This document shows positions 12,300-24,980 of a stretch of 64,000 nt of DNA, piece after piece; positions within the stretch are counted from its first letter, which is position 1; every line of letters begins with the position of its first letter. This DNA comes from Fimbriosthenelais zetlandica (lineage: Eukaryota). Made by a program: the position numbers and the translations under genes. The stretch lies in contig OZ365116.1 of assembly GCA_977030845.1 (NCBI GenBank), positions 20,646,001 to 20,710,000 on the forward strand. The letters are read 5' to 3'. The notes below the pieces were generated by a model. The model was not told the DNA's origin. It was given only the letters and a program-made list of their open reading frames with translations, and did no database searches.

Positions 12300-12373
12300 C
12301 ACTACACCGACTAGAACTTTCAAAAGTCAGAAATAAATATCTGGGATCAGAGGTCAATGGTCTGGGACACATA
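12300..12373 (-). CDS. rdgA: 74-nt phase 2-to-1 exon, (S)MCPRPLTSDPRYLFLTFESSSRCS(A), feeding in frame into the large exon
   Basis: Acceptor ttctgcttgttttaatag|T-ATG and strong donor GTG|gtaagc. 74+1135=1209 nt=403 codons. Confidence 0.6.
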
Positions 12374-13558
12374 CTATTAAAACAAGCAGAACTTCTTGGC
12401 TAACCTATTCAGATTCCAGCAGCAATTATCCAAATCAAGCTAAGTATAAATAGGGGAAAAACATTTAAAGGACTCAGTTCTAAGGTGGATGCGGAAAAAG
12501 CATCGAGCAAGGAGCAGCCAGTGTCTGTCCACTGCGCCTTTCTCATCGTTTGGAGAAAGTTCTAGACTTGAAGATAAAATGATTGTAGGGTGACGGCATG
12601 CCCTGGGCAGGTGGAATGTTTTACTCAATTAACAACACTCATCCAGGGGGGATCAAACTCTCTACGGGGGGCGCTCACAACCTTGTCTTCTTCCACTTCT
12701 CTTGCTTAAGCATTCCTAGGGAAAACTTCCAAGGCAAAGCAGGAGGAGAGAGTGAGGGACATTTCCAGCGGCTTCATTGCCGAGGAGTGGAAGGACATCA
12801 ATGAGTTTTCAAGGAGAGGCAAATCATGTTTTTGATTCCTTCATTAGTGGAAATGTCTCCTGCGAGTTGATGTTACATTAATTATAAAAGATTTGCCTGG
12901 ATCCTGAACGTGTCAGAGATCTTGTTCTTGTTCTCTTGGTGTGTGTGATGATGCTTTCTCAGTCCATGTCTATCAATGCATTTGCTCTGTCAGCAACAAC
13001 AATTCCCAGTATAGACCCGTGCATGTGAGACAGACCATTCTCCTTAAACTGTTATGTCGTTCATACAGCAATTAACAGAGAGAATCATCACCCATAGAAA
13101 GTCTACTTCACGCCACGACTGATGAGCTAACTTGGTCATTCCATTCAGTGGGTTCCCTTTTGATCATTACAAACGTCTGTAGAATTTTCAATATAGTGAT
13201 TAACAAAGATAGATCGATAAAATAGTAATAAAAATGTGCTTCCTACTGATCTGCATATATTTTCTGTTGTAAGTCAGGAAAGGGAATAGGCAGGATTTAC
13301 ACCTCGAAATAAAAAATGCCTCCTTCCAATAAAGTGGCAACTAAAAGCTTAACCAGCTTAGAGGAACACACATTGTCTGACCGACTTCAGCTGGGTGGAA
13401 ACAGTGAATAGAAACAGAAGGTCAGCTATACTGCCTGCTACCATCAGGGGCAAAATATTTATCATTCAACTTAAAAAATATTATCGTTCTCCGCACGGTA
13501 CAAAAGTTCAAACTAAACATTTAAATAGCCAGCTTCAGCTGTAGAAACACCGACTCGC

Positions 13559-13566
13559 CTGTCCAT
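13559..13566 (-). CDS. candidate 8-nt coding end of a first exon (ATG GAC AG) with a GC-type donor
   Basis: ttATGGACAG|gcgagt matches the donor consensus except GC for GT. It is phase 2 and lies about 60 nt downstream of the TATA-like box. Confidence 0.35.
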
Positions 13567-13625
13567 AATATTTCACCCCCTTCAACTCCCGCCTCCCCAA
13601 ACCATCAGCTTCCACTACTAAGCTT

Positions 13626-13658
13626 CTTATACGTCACGCTCACGTCATCCAAACGTCA
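13626..13658 (-). promoter_or_regulatory. three TGACGT (CRE/ATF-type) elements at 11-bp spacing abutting TATAAG
   Basis: Plus-strand acgtca at 13631-13636, 13642-13647 and 13653-13658; cttata at 13626-13631. Confidence 0.55.
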
Positions 13659-15820
13659 TGACCTTAGCCAGGAACGCAGGCCTGGCTCAGCTGGGCTGTA
13701 AAAGGCCATCTTGGGTGTCAAGGGAGAAGAGAGGGGGAGTGGGTGACAGGAGAAGTCTGGGGATGGGATAACTGTCCTATGTGTTTAGAAAGAGGAAGTC
13801 ACATCCTACTTGAGCTTGAATGAGCACCACAGATTGTCCCGAGCAGTTCCTCAGAAAGCTCAGAAGAAAGTTGAGGTTTGCTCATCAGTTAGGTAATTTG
13901 TTTCTAAGATGCAAACTAACTCCGGTAAAATGTATTTGGCATGGACAGATGTAGGTAAATATTCAGATACAGGTGAATCGCGATATATTATTGTGTTAAG
14001 CTCGTGATATTTATAAGCATTTGAAAGGAAGTAATGTGTTTTCTCAGTGAGGCCTATCATAGAAGGGAGAAGATAGACGGGGGATCAGAGACATTGGAGC
14101 AGGGACACCATGCTTGAATACAGGCATTTCTAGCGGATGCACCCAATAAAAAGTCAGTAAGGCCGAGGAAGCCACCTACAAATCATACCAGCAACCTTAA
14201 CCTGTAGAAGAGAATACGCCAACTGACACCAGACAAAACGTGGACAATTTTGTTCTCGCTGCTTTTGAGCCACTGAACTGCACGGTTTTGTTCAACCCTT
14301 TTCCACTCCCCGGGCTGGATTCAATGGCCGGGTTTCCAGCCATTCGTCCACAGAAATGCCCGGCGGGCTCAGCCTCTTATAGCACTAAAACCCCGGCGTT
14401 CTGGGGGCAATGAAGGTGAGCTGGATGGGCGAGATGAGCAGGATTGGAAGCAGCTCTTCTCTAAAGGTGTTTGTCAATGTAGAAAGCAGAAATGTGTGTG
14501 CAGGAACACGGCACAAGTGCAATGAAAAGGTGGCTTGGAAGACACGCTGCAAGGGACTTTGACCGAGATGGGTTTTTTAACATGAGAGTTGGGATCTGGG
14601 TTGATCTGGCTTCAGGGTAGAAAGATGGAATCCATGGATCTATAGATGGTACATAGATGTCTGTAGATCTATAGGAGAGGGATGGCAGTTATGGTGAAAA
14701 AAAGAGGAGGAGAAATATGTAAAAGGGGGCCACAGGAAGAAGTGGCAGATATGATGTTGTCGAAAAAATCAGTAGTAGAAGGAAGGAGCAATAACAAATG
14801 ACAATATAGAAACAAGAATATACAAGGGGAAGGAAATGGGTGGAACTCTAAGAGGACTAGACGAGGAATCGATTGGACGGAAAAGCCAAAGCAATATACA
14901 GATTGGGGGTGTCTTGGCATTTCTATGTACACCTTCTTGATCAGACACTGTGGGTACCATTCCTCTAGGACTTTTCTATCGATAGTCTGAATGATGAAGA
15001 AAAACAAAGATCTTGTCTACAATTTCTCAGCCATTCTTCTATGTCTGATAACAGGAGATTGTGGCCTGAAGCATTTGCCGATTACCTCAATCCAGTACCT
15101 TACATATATATATTATTTATATGAAAGGACATTGTTTGCTACGGAGGGAGAATGATTGTAAGGGTCAGTGAACACTTCGTTAGTAGAATTGTAAGCCTTC
15201 CCTTTGACTCTGAAAGAACACTCCGGGATGGTGGAGGCAAGTTGGGGAAGGACATAGCTGGATTCTTAACCCAAAGTCTGCTCTTCCAGGCCCTCTAGAA
15301 TATCAAAAGTTTTCACTTCGTGTCTATTTCTAAAGTCAGTCCCCAAAGTGAAGAAAGGTTTCCTTTTCATGATTGAGCAGCTGCTGCTTGAGCCAGCTCT
15401 TTTTACTGCACATATCTCCAGCAAGAGAGAAATCTATGAGTATGAGCCAGAAGATTGATTAAACCACAGCATTCCCTAATGACAAAAATGTCTGAACAAA
15501 CGACAGAATTAACTTTAGACCTTTAAACTCTCATAGGGTTGCTGCATCTCCTTGAGTACATTTATTAATGTCACTTTACCAAGAAAGGTAAAGGCTACCG
15601 AAATATGCCTTAAAAATATGTCCTCATTAATCAGCCCAACTACTCTGCTAATTGTTCAAATTTTCACAAGTCCAACCTCCTAATAATTGAGGAAGAAAAG
15701 CAGCGTGATTGTTTATTCATGTGAATGTGTGGTTCTGACATTTAAAGGCAGCCAATGTCTCCTCCACCTTCATTCATAAACCGTTAAGAAAGGCGGGTAT
15801 AATGTGATGCAGACTTTCAC

Positions 15821-16020
15821 CACCCTGTCTCACACTGAGATCTGTAGACGGGCATTTTGAAGGCGGTTGCTATTGCGGCTGGGGTGCTAGGTGCAGCGTG
15901 CTGATATGCACAGATCACTGCTTCAACTCTCATTGAGGCGAGAACCTGCCACAGATATGAAGACAGAGGTGCAGGAGTAGTTTTAGACGAGATTCTGGGA
16001 AATGGCTCAATGATTATCAT
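15821..16020 (-). CDS. weak candidate alternative first exon (MIIIEPFPRISSKTTPAP...YRSQCETG, phase 2)
   Basis: ATG plus 65 further open codons ending TG|gtgaaa in phase 2. The donor is weak and I recognise no homology. Confidence 0.2.
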
Positions 16021-18995
16021 CACTTACATTCTTCATACACTCAGGCTACCCATTAAAGAGTCGCATTTCTAAAGCCTTCCCAGTTCAGTACCACAGTCTG
16101 ACCAGCATTCATTGAAGCGCTCATTTGTTTCCCTCAAGGATGGTATCAAACCGACTCCGCCTAACCAAGTAAGCAATGAGGGGTCAATATCTCCGGAAAA
16201 AACACTTGCAGATAGCAGTTTTATTCCCTCCACTCATACCCCAAGAAATCTTCCTCATGTAATCATTTATGGAAAGAGTGCTGCAATGAGCGGCTCGCCA
16301 TTTGCTCACGGAAATTATCTCATTTCCCCGAGGCACAGCCCTGAGCTTCAGCCGAGAGTGAGTTACTCGTCCAAGGGACAAGATATAATGTAAAGACAAG
16401 AGCAGATCTAGATGAGGACTGACAGTAAGCACCTGGGATTTCACTCCATGAAAGGTAATAGCATTCGGTGATCAGTGGCCAAAGAGGTGTTAGCCAATGA
16501 CATCCAACCCAAATGGCTACTTTTAGAAGACAGTGAAAAATGAATGCGTGAACAGGCGGGCATTGACATAGAGATGTATAGATTTTAATGTAACTCCAAT
16601 ATTCTATTAGATTCGGTAAGTGCCCAGCCAAAATAATGTCTTGGGGCTACAGGGCACTCATTCTTTATGCCCAGTAAATACTTGAGTCCCATTACCATGG
16701 CAAAATTCCTGGCACTAGTAAGCAACACTGGACCTGAATCAAGATTATCTCTTTTTCTTTAGAAAGAAATGATGTTTAGACTTTCTGGCAGTTCTCCCAC
16801 TTGGTTCTGGCATATAATGTATGAGTACATGTAAATAGAGTTAGGGTCAAGTATTCAAGTGCTTTTACCCCAAGCTTACCTATAAGAAGGCAAGACAGTT
16901 CAGTTCGGCCAACTAATTCTCCATATAGCCAAAGAAAATGGATCGTTTTAAACAGATATATATTACCCCTTTGGTCCACCTTGAAGCTTAAGGCCTGATA
17001 AGCATAGTACTTGCTTAAGGGGGCTACGGCGTAGATATCACAGATTGCTTATATCGCTGAGTATATTCCTTCCATCTTAAATATAAATATATAAAATGTA
17101 TTAAAATGAGTGTAAGATGAGGAATAAGATGAAGAGCGGGCCAGAGGCGTGCGTTGAAGTGATGCAGGCTTCACAGCACCGTCTATTCCCCTGATTAAAT
17201 ACCGAGGCTCTGTCTTCACTCGTTTATTTCTAAAGTCTCTTAAAATAAACCAACTGAAGCACTGATGCCATTATAAAAGGCACGCTCCAGTATATCCTAG
17301 ACGCCTCCCACGTGCTGCTATTGTGTGATCTCATCAAAATCATAACCAATATTTCAAACCATATTAAAATGAATTGCTCAAGAAGACTTCAAACTTTCTT
17401 TCCTTCCTCAAACTACCTAACACATCGTCATTCTCGCGGTAATCCGAAGCAAATTAGTGTGACGCATTTACACATTAATTATGCATAGGATATTCAAATA
17501 TAAGATGGTGGAATGCTATTGGTAGGAGACCATGTGTCTAGCGTCACATGAGTGGAAACCGACCAGCTCTGTACGGGGAGCATATGTTCCCATTTTAAGT
17601 ACATTTTATCCTGGTGGCCACGCAATCTGATCAGCCGTAAGGAGCAGCTCATTTTGACACCGTTGACCCATGAGTAACTCCGGCTAATTCCCCTCCAACA
17701 TCTGATCCACTAGTACTGGTCCCAGTCCCTTCATGCTCCATCATGGTCATGCCTTCCAATCCTATATACAAAACAGTGCACAGCCGTTTTCCAGACCATA
17801 TTTTTAACAGTGAAATTGCAATAACTCTCAGAGTCATATACGTAATATCCCATTATCACATACATTGGGTATTAGGCAACATCTTTCCTTCAAGTTCCAA
17901 TATTTGCTCACAAATAATTTACTTCTCAAAGCTCATCAGAGCACAGAAAGGTAGCCGCTAAATGTGCTCATAAGTCAGCAAAGGCCAGACATTACCACAA
18001 TAACAAGGGTCACACATTTTAAAGAAGGCCTCACGAGGAAGCCATTCCAGATGCCATGCGGTATACAATGGGAGGGGTGCTTTGCCATGGCTTCCCTGCC
18101 AGCAGGGCTCATAGAATGCCAGCCTAGAATGACCGACTTGTCAGACACATGGCACCGCCCAGGCATTCCGCACAAGATCCCGAGTGCATGTACAGCCATG
18201 TACAGGTCTTGTTAGAAACAACAACAAATGTTTGGGTTAAGGATGAGTGGACCGGGGTATGGGTGATGTGGGACGTTGATCATTAGCATGCAGCCATATG
18301 GCAAGAAATACGAGTTACTCATAAAATATAAAAGTGGAAGCCATTCACAAAAGATTGAGAGACTGGACAATAGAGTGGACTGTAGGGACATTACTCAGTG
18401 AGGGGCTCATGTGTGGAGACCTTTCATGGTATGTTAAAGGCTATTACACTGTGATAGAGAAGCTGTCTTAAATCACACCAGTATGGTGCTGGCTTTGATA
18501 GGTTTATGTCATATAGTCATGTTCTTCCTGCCTTCCCAGCTTCTCCCCTGCCCCAGGCAGAACTGAATTCAGCCTTCTGCTACACACGCACAACATGCTA
18601 TCTGCTTCTTTCACAGAATGATGGAGTGGATTTGAATACAGATTTGTCAAAAACACCTTAGTGTATGGCATGAATGGCAACTACTCCCGCAACAATACTG
18701 TTATCAAATCCCACCAGTATGAAAACGACAAAGTATATTGATAATTCAAGAGATATGGTTAACCTTAAAGTGAACATAATGTTCCAAGATGATTCACCAT
18801 AATTTGAAGCCACCACAACCATGTACATAACTAAATTTGCGACTGACACTAGACTACTGTATTTAGAACAATTCTGTATAGCAATCTATCTCTTTATAGA
18901 TTAAATATTAAGCTAAATTTCGAAATCGATGAAAAATATCAGTATGACTGCCATTGAATTCGGGTTAGTGTAAGGTGATTGGTAGTATACCATAC

Positions 18996-19102
18996 CTGTG
19001 CAGGTAGGGCCTGGCCTGAGGTGGGAGGAGGCCGGCGAGGCACTCCTGCATTGGAGGCCAGACAATTCGCTCCACCTTGACAATGTCACTAAAACAGGGC
19101 AT
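18996..19102 (-). CDS. rdgA: alternative first coding exon MPCFSDIVKVERIVWPPMQECLAGLLPPQARPYLH (phase 2)
   Basis: ATG at 19102, 35 codons plus AG, donor CAG|gtatgg, GC-rich, with a GC-rich promoter-like region at about 19450-19580. Confidence 0.6.
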
Positions 19103-19457
19103 TGAGTCTACCTAGTAATAAATCGCCCACATCAACCAGTTGTAGCACTACTAGGTCCTGAGCTCCTCTCTCTCCTCTATCTCCACCTAGTCTTGTCTCC
19201 TCAGTCGCAGCATCATGATCATCTATCCACACAGACTACCAGCACAAGAACAATGTATTGTCAAATAAAATGACCTCTTTGTCCATCAAACGGTTAATGC
19301 GAACTTGCAAAGTTGATATATAAAATGAAGGTTTCGGGCGGGTGTCGGCAGGTTGTTTTGGATGAATATCTGCCTGTTTGAATATATCCAGGTAGAGTGC
19401 AGGGAGCCATTGCTTCAGCACTCCTCTCCTCCTGTTCTTCCTCTACCTCCGCCTCAG

Positions 19458-19478
19458 CCTCCTCCTCCTCCTCCTCCT
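19458..19478 (+). repeat. (CCT)7 trinucleotide repeat
   Basis: Read directly. It lies in the putative 5' region of the 19.1-kb exon. Confidence 0.85.
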
Positions 19479-19740
19479 GCTTCTGTTGCTGCGACTAATG
19501 ACACAGCGGGCAGGTAAGCGGCAGGTGAGAAGTATAGCTCAGCATCGGTCAGGTGCCGGCCACACCGCCCGCTAGATGCTCCACTCACTCATCAAAAGCA
19601 CTGCTTCAAAACAACATGCTACATCCTCCCACTCCCTACACTTACCCCCGAGATCTGCGAGGTGCAAGGGGCATCTGTATAGTGGTGATGAAACTTCAAC
19701 AGTAGCCCAGTGCTAAACACCTGCATAGGTGTGTATGTAT

Positions 19741-19788
19741 ACAGGCCAGCCTATAGGGATAAACAGGCCAGCCTATAGGGATAAACAG
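19741..19788 (+). repeat. perfect 22-bp direct tandem duplication plus 4 nt
   Basis: acaggccagcctatagggataa x2 followed by acag. Confidence 0.9.
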
Positions 19789-22700
19789 CTCACCCCTTCT
19801 CCTATATCCAAGCAGTGGTATACTGACCACTGACTATATATACATATGCATACAAACAAACTGACCACAGCCTTTGGTTTCCATGTATACATTAGATAAT
19901 CCATGTTGAGGGATAAGCCAGGGGGTGAAGACTTGTGAGTAAATACACGATTCCATGTATAAATAGGGGGAAAATAATATCAGCAAGAGGTAATGGACCG
20001 GTCAGGGTTCACATATCCTTAGCTCTAAGGCATGGATGGAAGTTAGCGATCTTCCAATAAGCTAACTGAAGCTTTGAGTCCAGGTAATGAATAAAGCTTA
20101 GTGAGCAGCGATTATAGTTTACAGGGTCAGCTAGGTTTACTTCATCCAGGTGGCTGGTGGTAAATTATAGGAAAGGCTGTAGCATGAGGAGGAGCATTAG
20201 GTATTTATCATACAAGTTCTTGTACGAGCAGCTCAACCAGACCAATTGGGACTGGAGGAGCAGGTGGTCCAACTCAGGTTCAAATCAAACAGAGGGATTG
20301 ATGTAAAACCTAATTTAAATTTCTCTAACACGCACTCGGCTCCAATCGACCAACACATTTATATTGCTTATGATTGATGTGGAGGGGAAGTGATCATAGG
20401 ATCCGGGTGTTACTAAGGCAAAATCATTACAGAGATATAGATGGCTGGTACAGGCATATAATTATCCCTTCATCTCATTACTGCACATCTCAAAAGTTGA
20501 TGCGCCTTTTCATTTGTGGTTCGCCAAAGAGATGGGAATTCCGGATCGATAAGGCAATCCATACCATTGATTAGAGGGAGTTATATATTGCAGGCAAGAT
20601 AACTGATTTCTAATTTCCTTAGATGAACAGGCTCTTTACAAAGAGAGCAATTACCATTCATACATCTAGAGGATGGTATCGTCTATTATGCTGCAGTACT
20701 TTTCGTCCTTTTTGCTGCAGTTCTCTGTGACAAGCATTTAATCAGTAATAAGTACAATACAGGATTCTTCCTCCTCTCCTGGCCCCTTTTCCTAGTGCTT
20801 CTTCCCGTTTGTCTTCACTTGCCTTGGCATCACAACAACAAAAAACAGCATGGCAAGCTGACCCTTTATCCTTTCCTCTATCTCTCTCTTCACTGATTCA
20901 ATCTCTGTCAGTCCTTATCACTGGCGATCACTTGGTGAGACTTGGTGGAAATGCTTTGAGCGCCGCATCGATATAGAGCGCATGGCGAGCCAAGGCGGGT
21001 GCACTACTCCCAGCAGTGGGTATCAGAGGCTCCCTACAGTCAAAAGGCAAGCCCTCTTCTCTCCTCTCTCTTCTCAATCACTACCCCTCTCCCTCCCTCA
21101 ACATCTGGCTACCCCTGAGTTGTTGAGTGGAAAGAAGACAGGTGGCAGCACAGTATACTGACCATCAAAACCAAGAGGGCAAAACATTTTACCTATAAAA
21201 TTAATCAATGGAAGTTAGCTGTATAAAAGATACCATTCCTCTGGAACTTAGTGGAGTTTCCCCTATCTATCTAAAGGGTAAAACTAATCGTTACCGTGGC
21301 ATGTCTCTAGACATTTTTATCCAACAATTAATCATTTCTCCAACTCATGAAATTCAATATCCCCGATCAGCAATCGATACAAAAACCCCTCCGGAATTCC
21401 ACCCACTCTAGCCCAGTCAACATAACCATCCATTCCAATACTTTCGACAAACAAACTGAAGTTTTCCTTCCAAATCCCCAAGCTGTCCTACGTCATATCC
21501 TGTACCATGTTTGCACGTGGGAATTTGTCTCCATTGCTTTGCCAAGCATGGAGCGGGAGGTAAAAGCAAACACTGGGCTGAGATGATAATGCAATTGCTG
21601 AAAGCATTTGGTGATGCATCATTCACGTCTAGGCGTCTTACACAACACAGAGCTGATGGTCAATGGCAGGCTAGATTACATAATCCAACTATGGCAGCAA
21701 GATGCCCACAATCACTTTACTTCAAAATAATTACAAAGAGAGGAAACATGGAGGATACATTTAAGAGGCTATATTACTGCTTATTTGAGCATACATGCAG
21801 CTCTCCTCGGTCACAAACATGGCTGAGGCAAAAGTGCATGTAAAACTATTCCACTAAGCTGTCTGATATTTTTTCCAGACCCCCCTATATTGCTATATTA
21901 TATTCTAGAAATAGAATAATTATTGGAACTAGCGATACTTCCAGGGTACACCCTGGATGTTTAGTACATCACTGTTAACCCCTGGCCTTTGATAAGCACA
22001 GGTAACAAAAGGATAAGCTACCATTCCTCAAGGGTATCAGCCTGGGGGCTACAGGTAGCAGTATATGTACAGCCTTCCACTGCCAGAGCAAAGCAAGCAT
22101 CTATTTTGTGGCTGCACATAATATTCAACCTTTGATATATGTCCAAGTTACAATAAAAATACAAAAGAAAAAGGTCAGATGAGTACTGCAGTGTTTTCTT
22201 ATCTAACCCTCCAGCGTTATGCCTATATGGCTTTGTAGACATTCATAACTGAATCCCGAGTGCATCTACTATGGTTTAAAAGGAATGGTAATGGAGATGG
22301 GGTGGTTTGATCTTGCATTACTCTTCTCAGGTTATACCTTTGTTATGGCAGCATGTTCAGCTTTGCGTGAGTAGTGAACATATACGACTAAACCTCTGTG
22401 GGCTTGTCATAATATTTGACATGCTTATGACGCGTTTACTTTGACCATATTCCATATAATATAAATTACATTATTCCAAGCAGAAACATTGACATTTGAA
22501 TCATAGTATGGGAGATGTATTCATATACATGATTATGTGCTAGAAGCAAAGCAGGAGGGAATGTAGCATTCCCCTTAACATTCCCCTCCTCGTTTAAATG
22601 CAATAGCTTAGCTTCTACTTTCTTGACAAAGTGGAAGGGAATCCATACATCTTTGTCTAAACCCTCCCTTCTCAGTAAAAGTGAGTGGTTTTGATTACGA

Positions 22701-24471
22701 TGTAAACTAGACTATGTAGAAGTTCTGCTTTGGATGGATCTATATATGGATCAGTCAACAGAATGGAAGCAAGCCTGCTAATCGATATAAAGATTATAAG
22801 CCATGTCGGAGAAGACTCCCAATGAACATGATGTGCTTAAAAAGCATTTATCCACCTTTCCAATACTACTCTTTACACCCTTTCCCTTCGTCCATATCCC
22901 CTGGTTCCCAGTTCCATATTACTCCTACATTTACCTTCAACCTTATACCTTCCCTTCTCAGTTTTCTTCCCTTCCTCCTGTTCTCATTGTGTTGCCGCCT
23001 CTACACCTCTATGCATTGCTCTTCCATTCCTGCTATACTCCGACGGGATAAATTCTTTCCCGTTGCTGTTGAGACTACCTGTCTAGTCTCATTCATAAAT
23101 CCATGGTCTTTATGGGGGTGGGGGAGCTCTTAGAAAAAGTGCCTTGCTTTAGCATTTAAGTCTGAAGGCAAGTCATGACTCGCCTAGTGATATCAATACC
23201 TATATATACAGGTAGTACATACATATCTATAAAACCTGCAAACACTTGCAGCTGCTTTCATCGATCCCATTGTGTGCACACATATTTACAGGGGAACATG
23301 GATAAAGAAAGATATTGACTCCTTTTCTGTGCACATTGTTTGTATAGTCCAAGGTAGAAGTTTGTATGGGCGAGCTGATTACACAGGGTGTAACTCACAA
23401 TTACCCGGGCTATTCACCAGGGGGTCATAGATGATCCAAATTAAGAGAACAATTGCACTCCATGAATGCCGACTATGGATCTGTGGGGAGTGCATATATT
23501 ACAATAATAATTGCTTCCTTATTAACCTCACATTTTATGGACAGGGAAGTCAATTTCAACCATATTCATGCTGCAACATTGACGCCCCAACCATGAACAT
23601 ACATTGCCTTTTGGAGTATAAACAGTTCAGTTTTTGGGGATGTGCCAAGTGCTAGATTATAACATTATTTAAAGGGTTTTTATTTGAGGGTTTTAGATCA
23701 AGGTTGGGGTTGGGGTCATTATCACGCATTCCTGCGTATGTAAGTGATAAGACTAGAGATAGTTCACATGTATAGATAACAGTAAATAATACTCTTGAAG
23801 CTCATCTAAGTCTTTCGGTCTTACATAATGACAAAGGTAATGGAAGTGTAATTAAAACTTGCCCATCAGACAGGATGTCTGCTACCATTGGACTTCACAT
23901 GGCTGCTGGACGATTCTAAATGGTAATCTTATTTTATTTACCAGTTGCCATAAAATGTAGAAGAACATGGCCAAGATAACCATTAAATAGCGTGGCGACA
24001 ATCTAAGTCGCCAATCACAAATAGAAAATGAAAAAGAAATCAGATTGTCGTTTGTGAATGGAGAACAGAGGATGATATGCTTTCTGCCCTTCAGTCTATA
24101 GTTATATATCCTGCTATAATCTGATCGTGCTAGTAAACTAATTATATTGTACGATCAACTGTAAATGTGATCATTCACTTAGTCAGAATGTAATTAAATT
24201 ATCATGTATATAGTGACTTTAGTCTGTCTAATACACAGGTTTCCAAAGTAATATCCCAGCACACCACTTCCATTGCAAGTAGGTCTACATGTATTGGCTA
24301 CACGACAAGGTAATTACATCTATAGATACATAGTAAAGTGCACATTAACAGGTCTCAACAATTAATATGCTGTGTATCTTACAAAAACTATCAAAGGGGA
24401 GTTTGATATGGTGGCACTTATTTCAAAAAGAATAATTGAATGAACCAACCAAGACAAACAGAGATCCATAC

Positions 24472-24532
24472 CTGAATCTGAATCCTCCAAGTCCACTTTA
24501 TGGTCCACTGTGAATTTTTTTCTCCTGAACAT
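24472..24532 (-). CDS. rdgA: alternative first coding exon MFRRKKFTVDHKVDLEDSDS (phase 1), in frame with the large exon
   Basis: ATG with an in-frame upstream stop, 20 codons plus G, donor CAG|gtatgg. Joining to 11332 gives ...EDSDS-A-YMVASNSK. Confidence 0.65.
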
Positions 24533-24554
24533 AGTTTTAGTTGTTCCTTGATCT

Positions 24555-24650
24555 TCAATGTAACAACTCTCGGTGTAACTTTAACTTTTCACCGGGTCCT
24601 AACAGATGGAACGTATTTAAACCCGGCGTAAGTACGCAGGCCTTATCCAT
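24555..24650 (-). other. putative uORF (31 aa) upstream of the 24532 ATG
   Basis: ATG at 24650 to TGA at 24557-24555, ending shortly before the main ATG. Confidence 0.3.
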
Positions 24651-24962
24651 GAAGAGTCGTGAGAGGAGAAAGCGTGGAGTGAGTGGTGGGAGTGGTTAGA
24701 GAGTGAGTGACACAATGGATCATTGGTGGGCAATTGTTACCGTCCAGGTGTCTTGTACTGTTATGGTTGAGGTGGAGCTTCATCATTGTGGCATCAGGCT
24801 TGTATACTAACTAGTGTTAGGCCTGGAGTAAAACAAACGTGGAGGAGAGGGAGGGAAGAGGTGGGATGAGGAATAAGGGTGGATGCTGTTAGAGTGAGTA
24901 TAAGTATTCATGTGGGGGTAACGGTAGAGGCGGTAGAGGTAGAATGACACGGCGGTGTGGTT

Positions 24963-24980
24963 GGGGGGGGGGGGGGGGGG
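24963..24980 (+). repeat. poly-G18 within a G-rich tract (G-quadruplex potential)
   Basis: G18 followed by tggggggtggggg. Confidence 0.85.

Noticed and set aside
14669-15007. 112-aa hydrophobic minus-strand ORF
   Set aside because: A by-product of a purine-rich plus-strand low-complexity tract; no splice or homology support.
19236-19421. ORF ending TG|gtagtc in phase 2
   Set aside because: GTG start and poor donor. More likely 5'UTR of the 19.1-kb exon.
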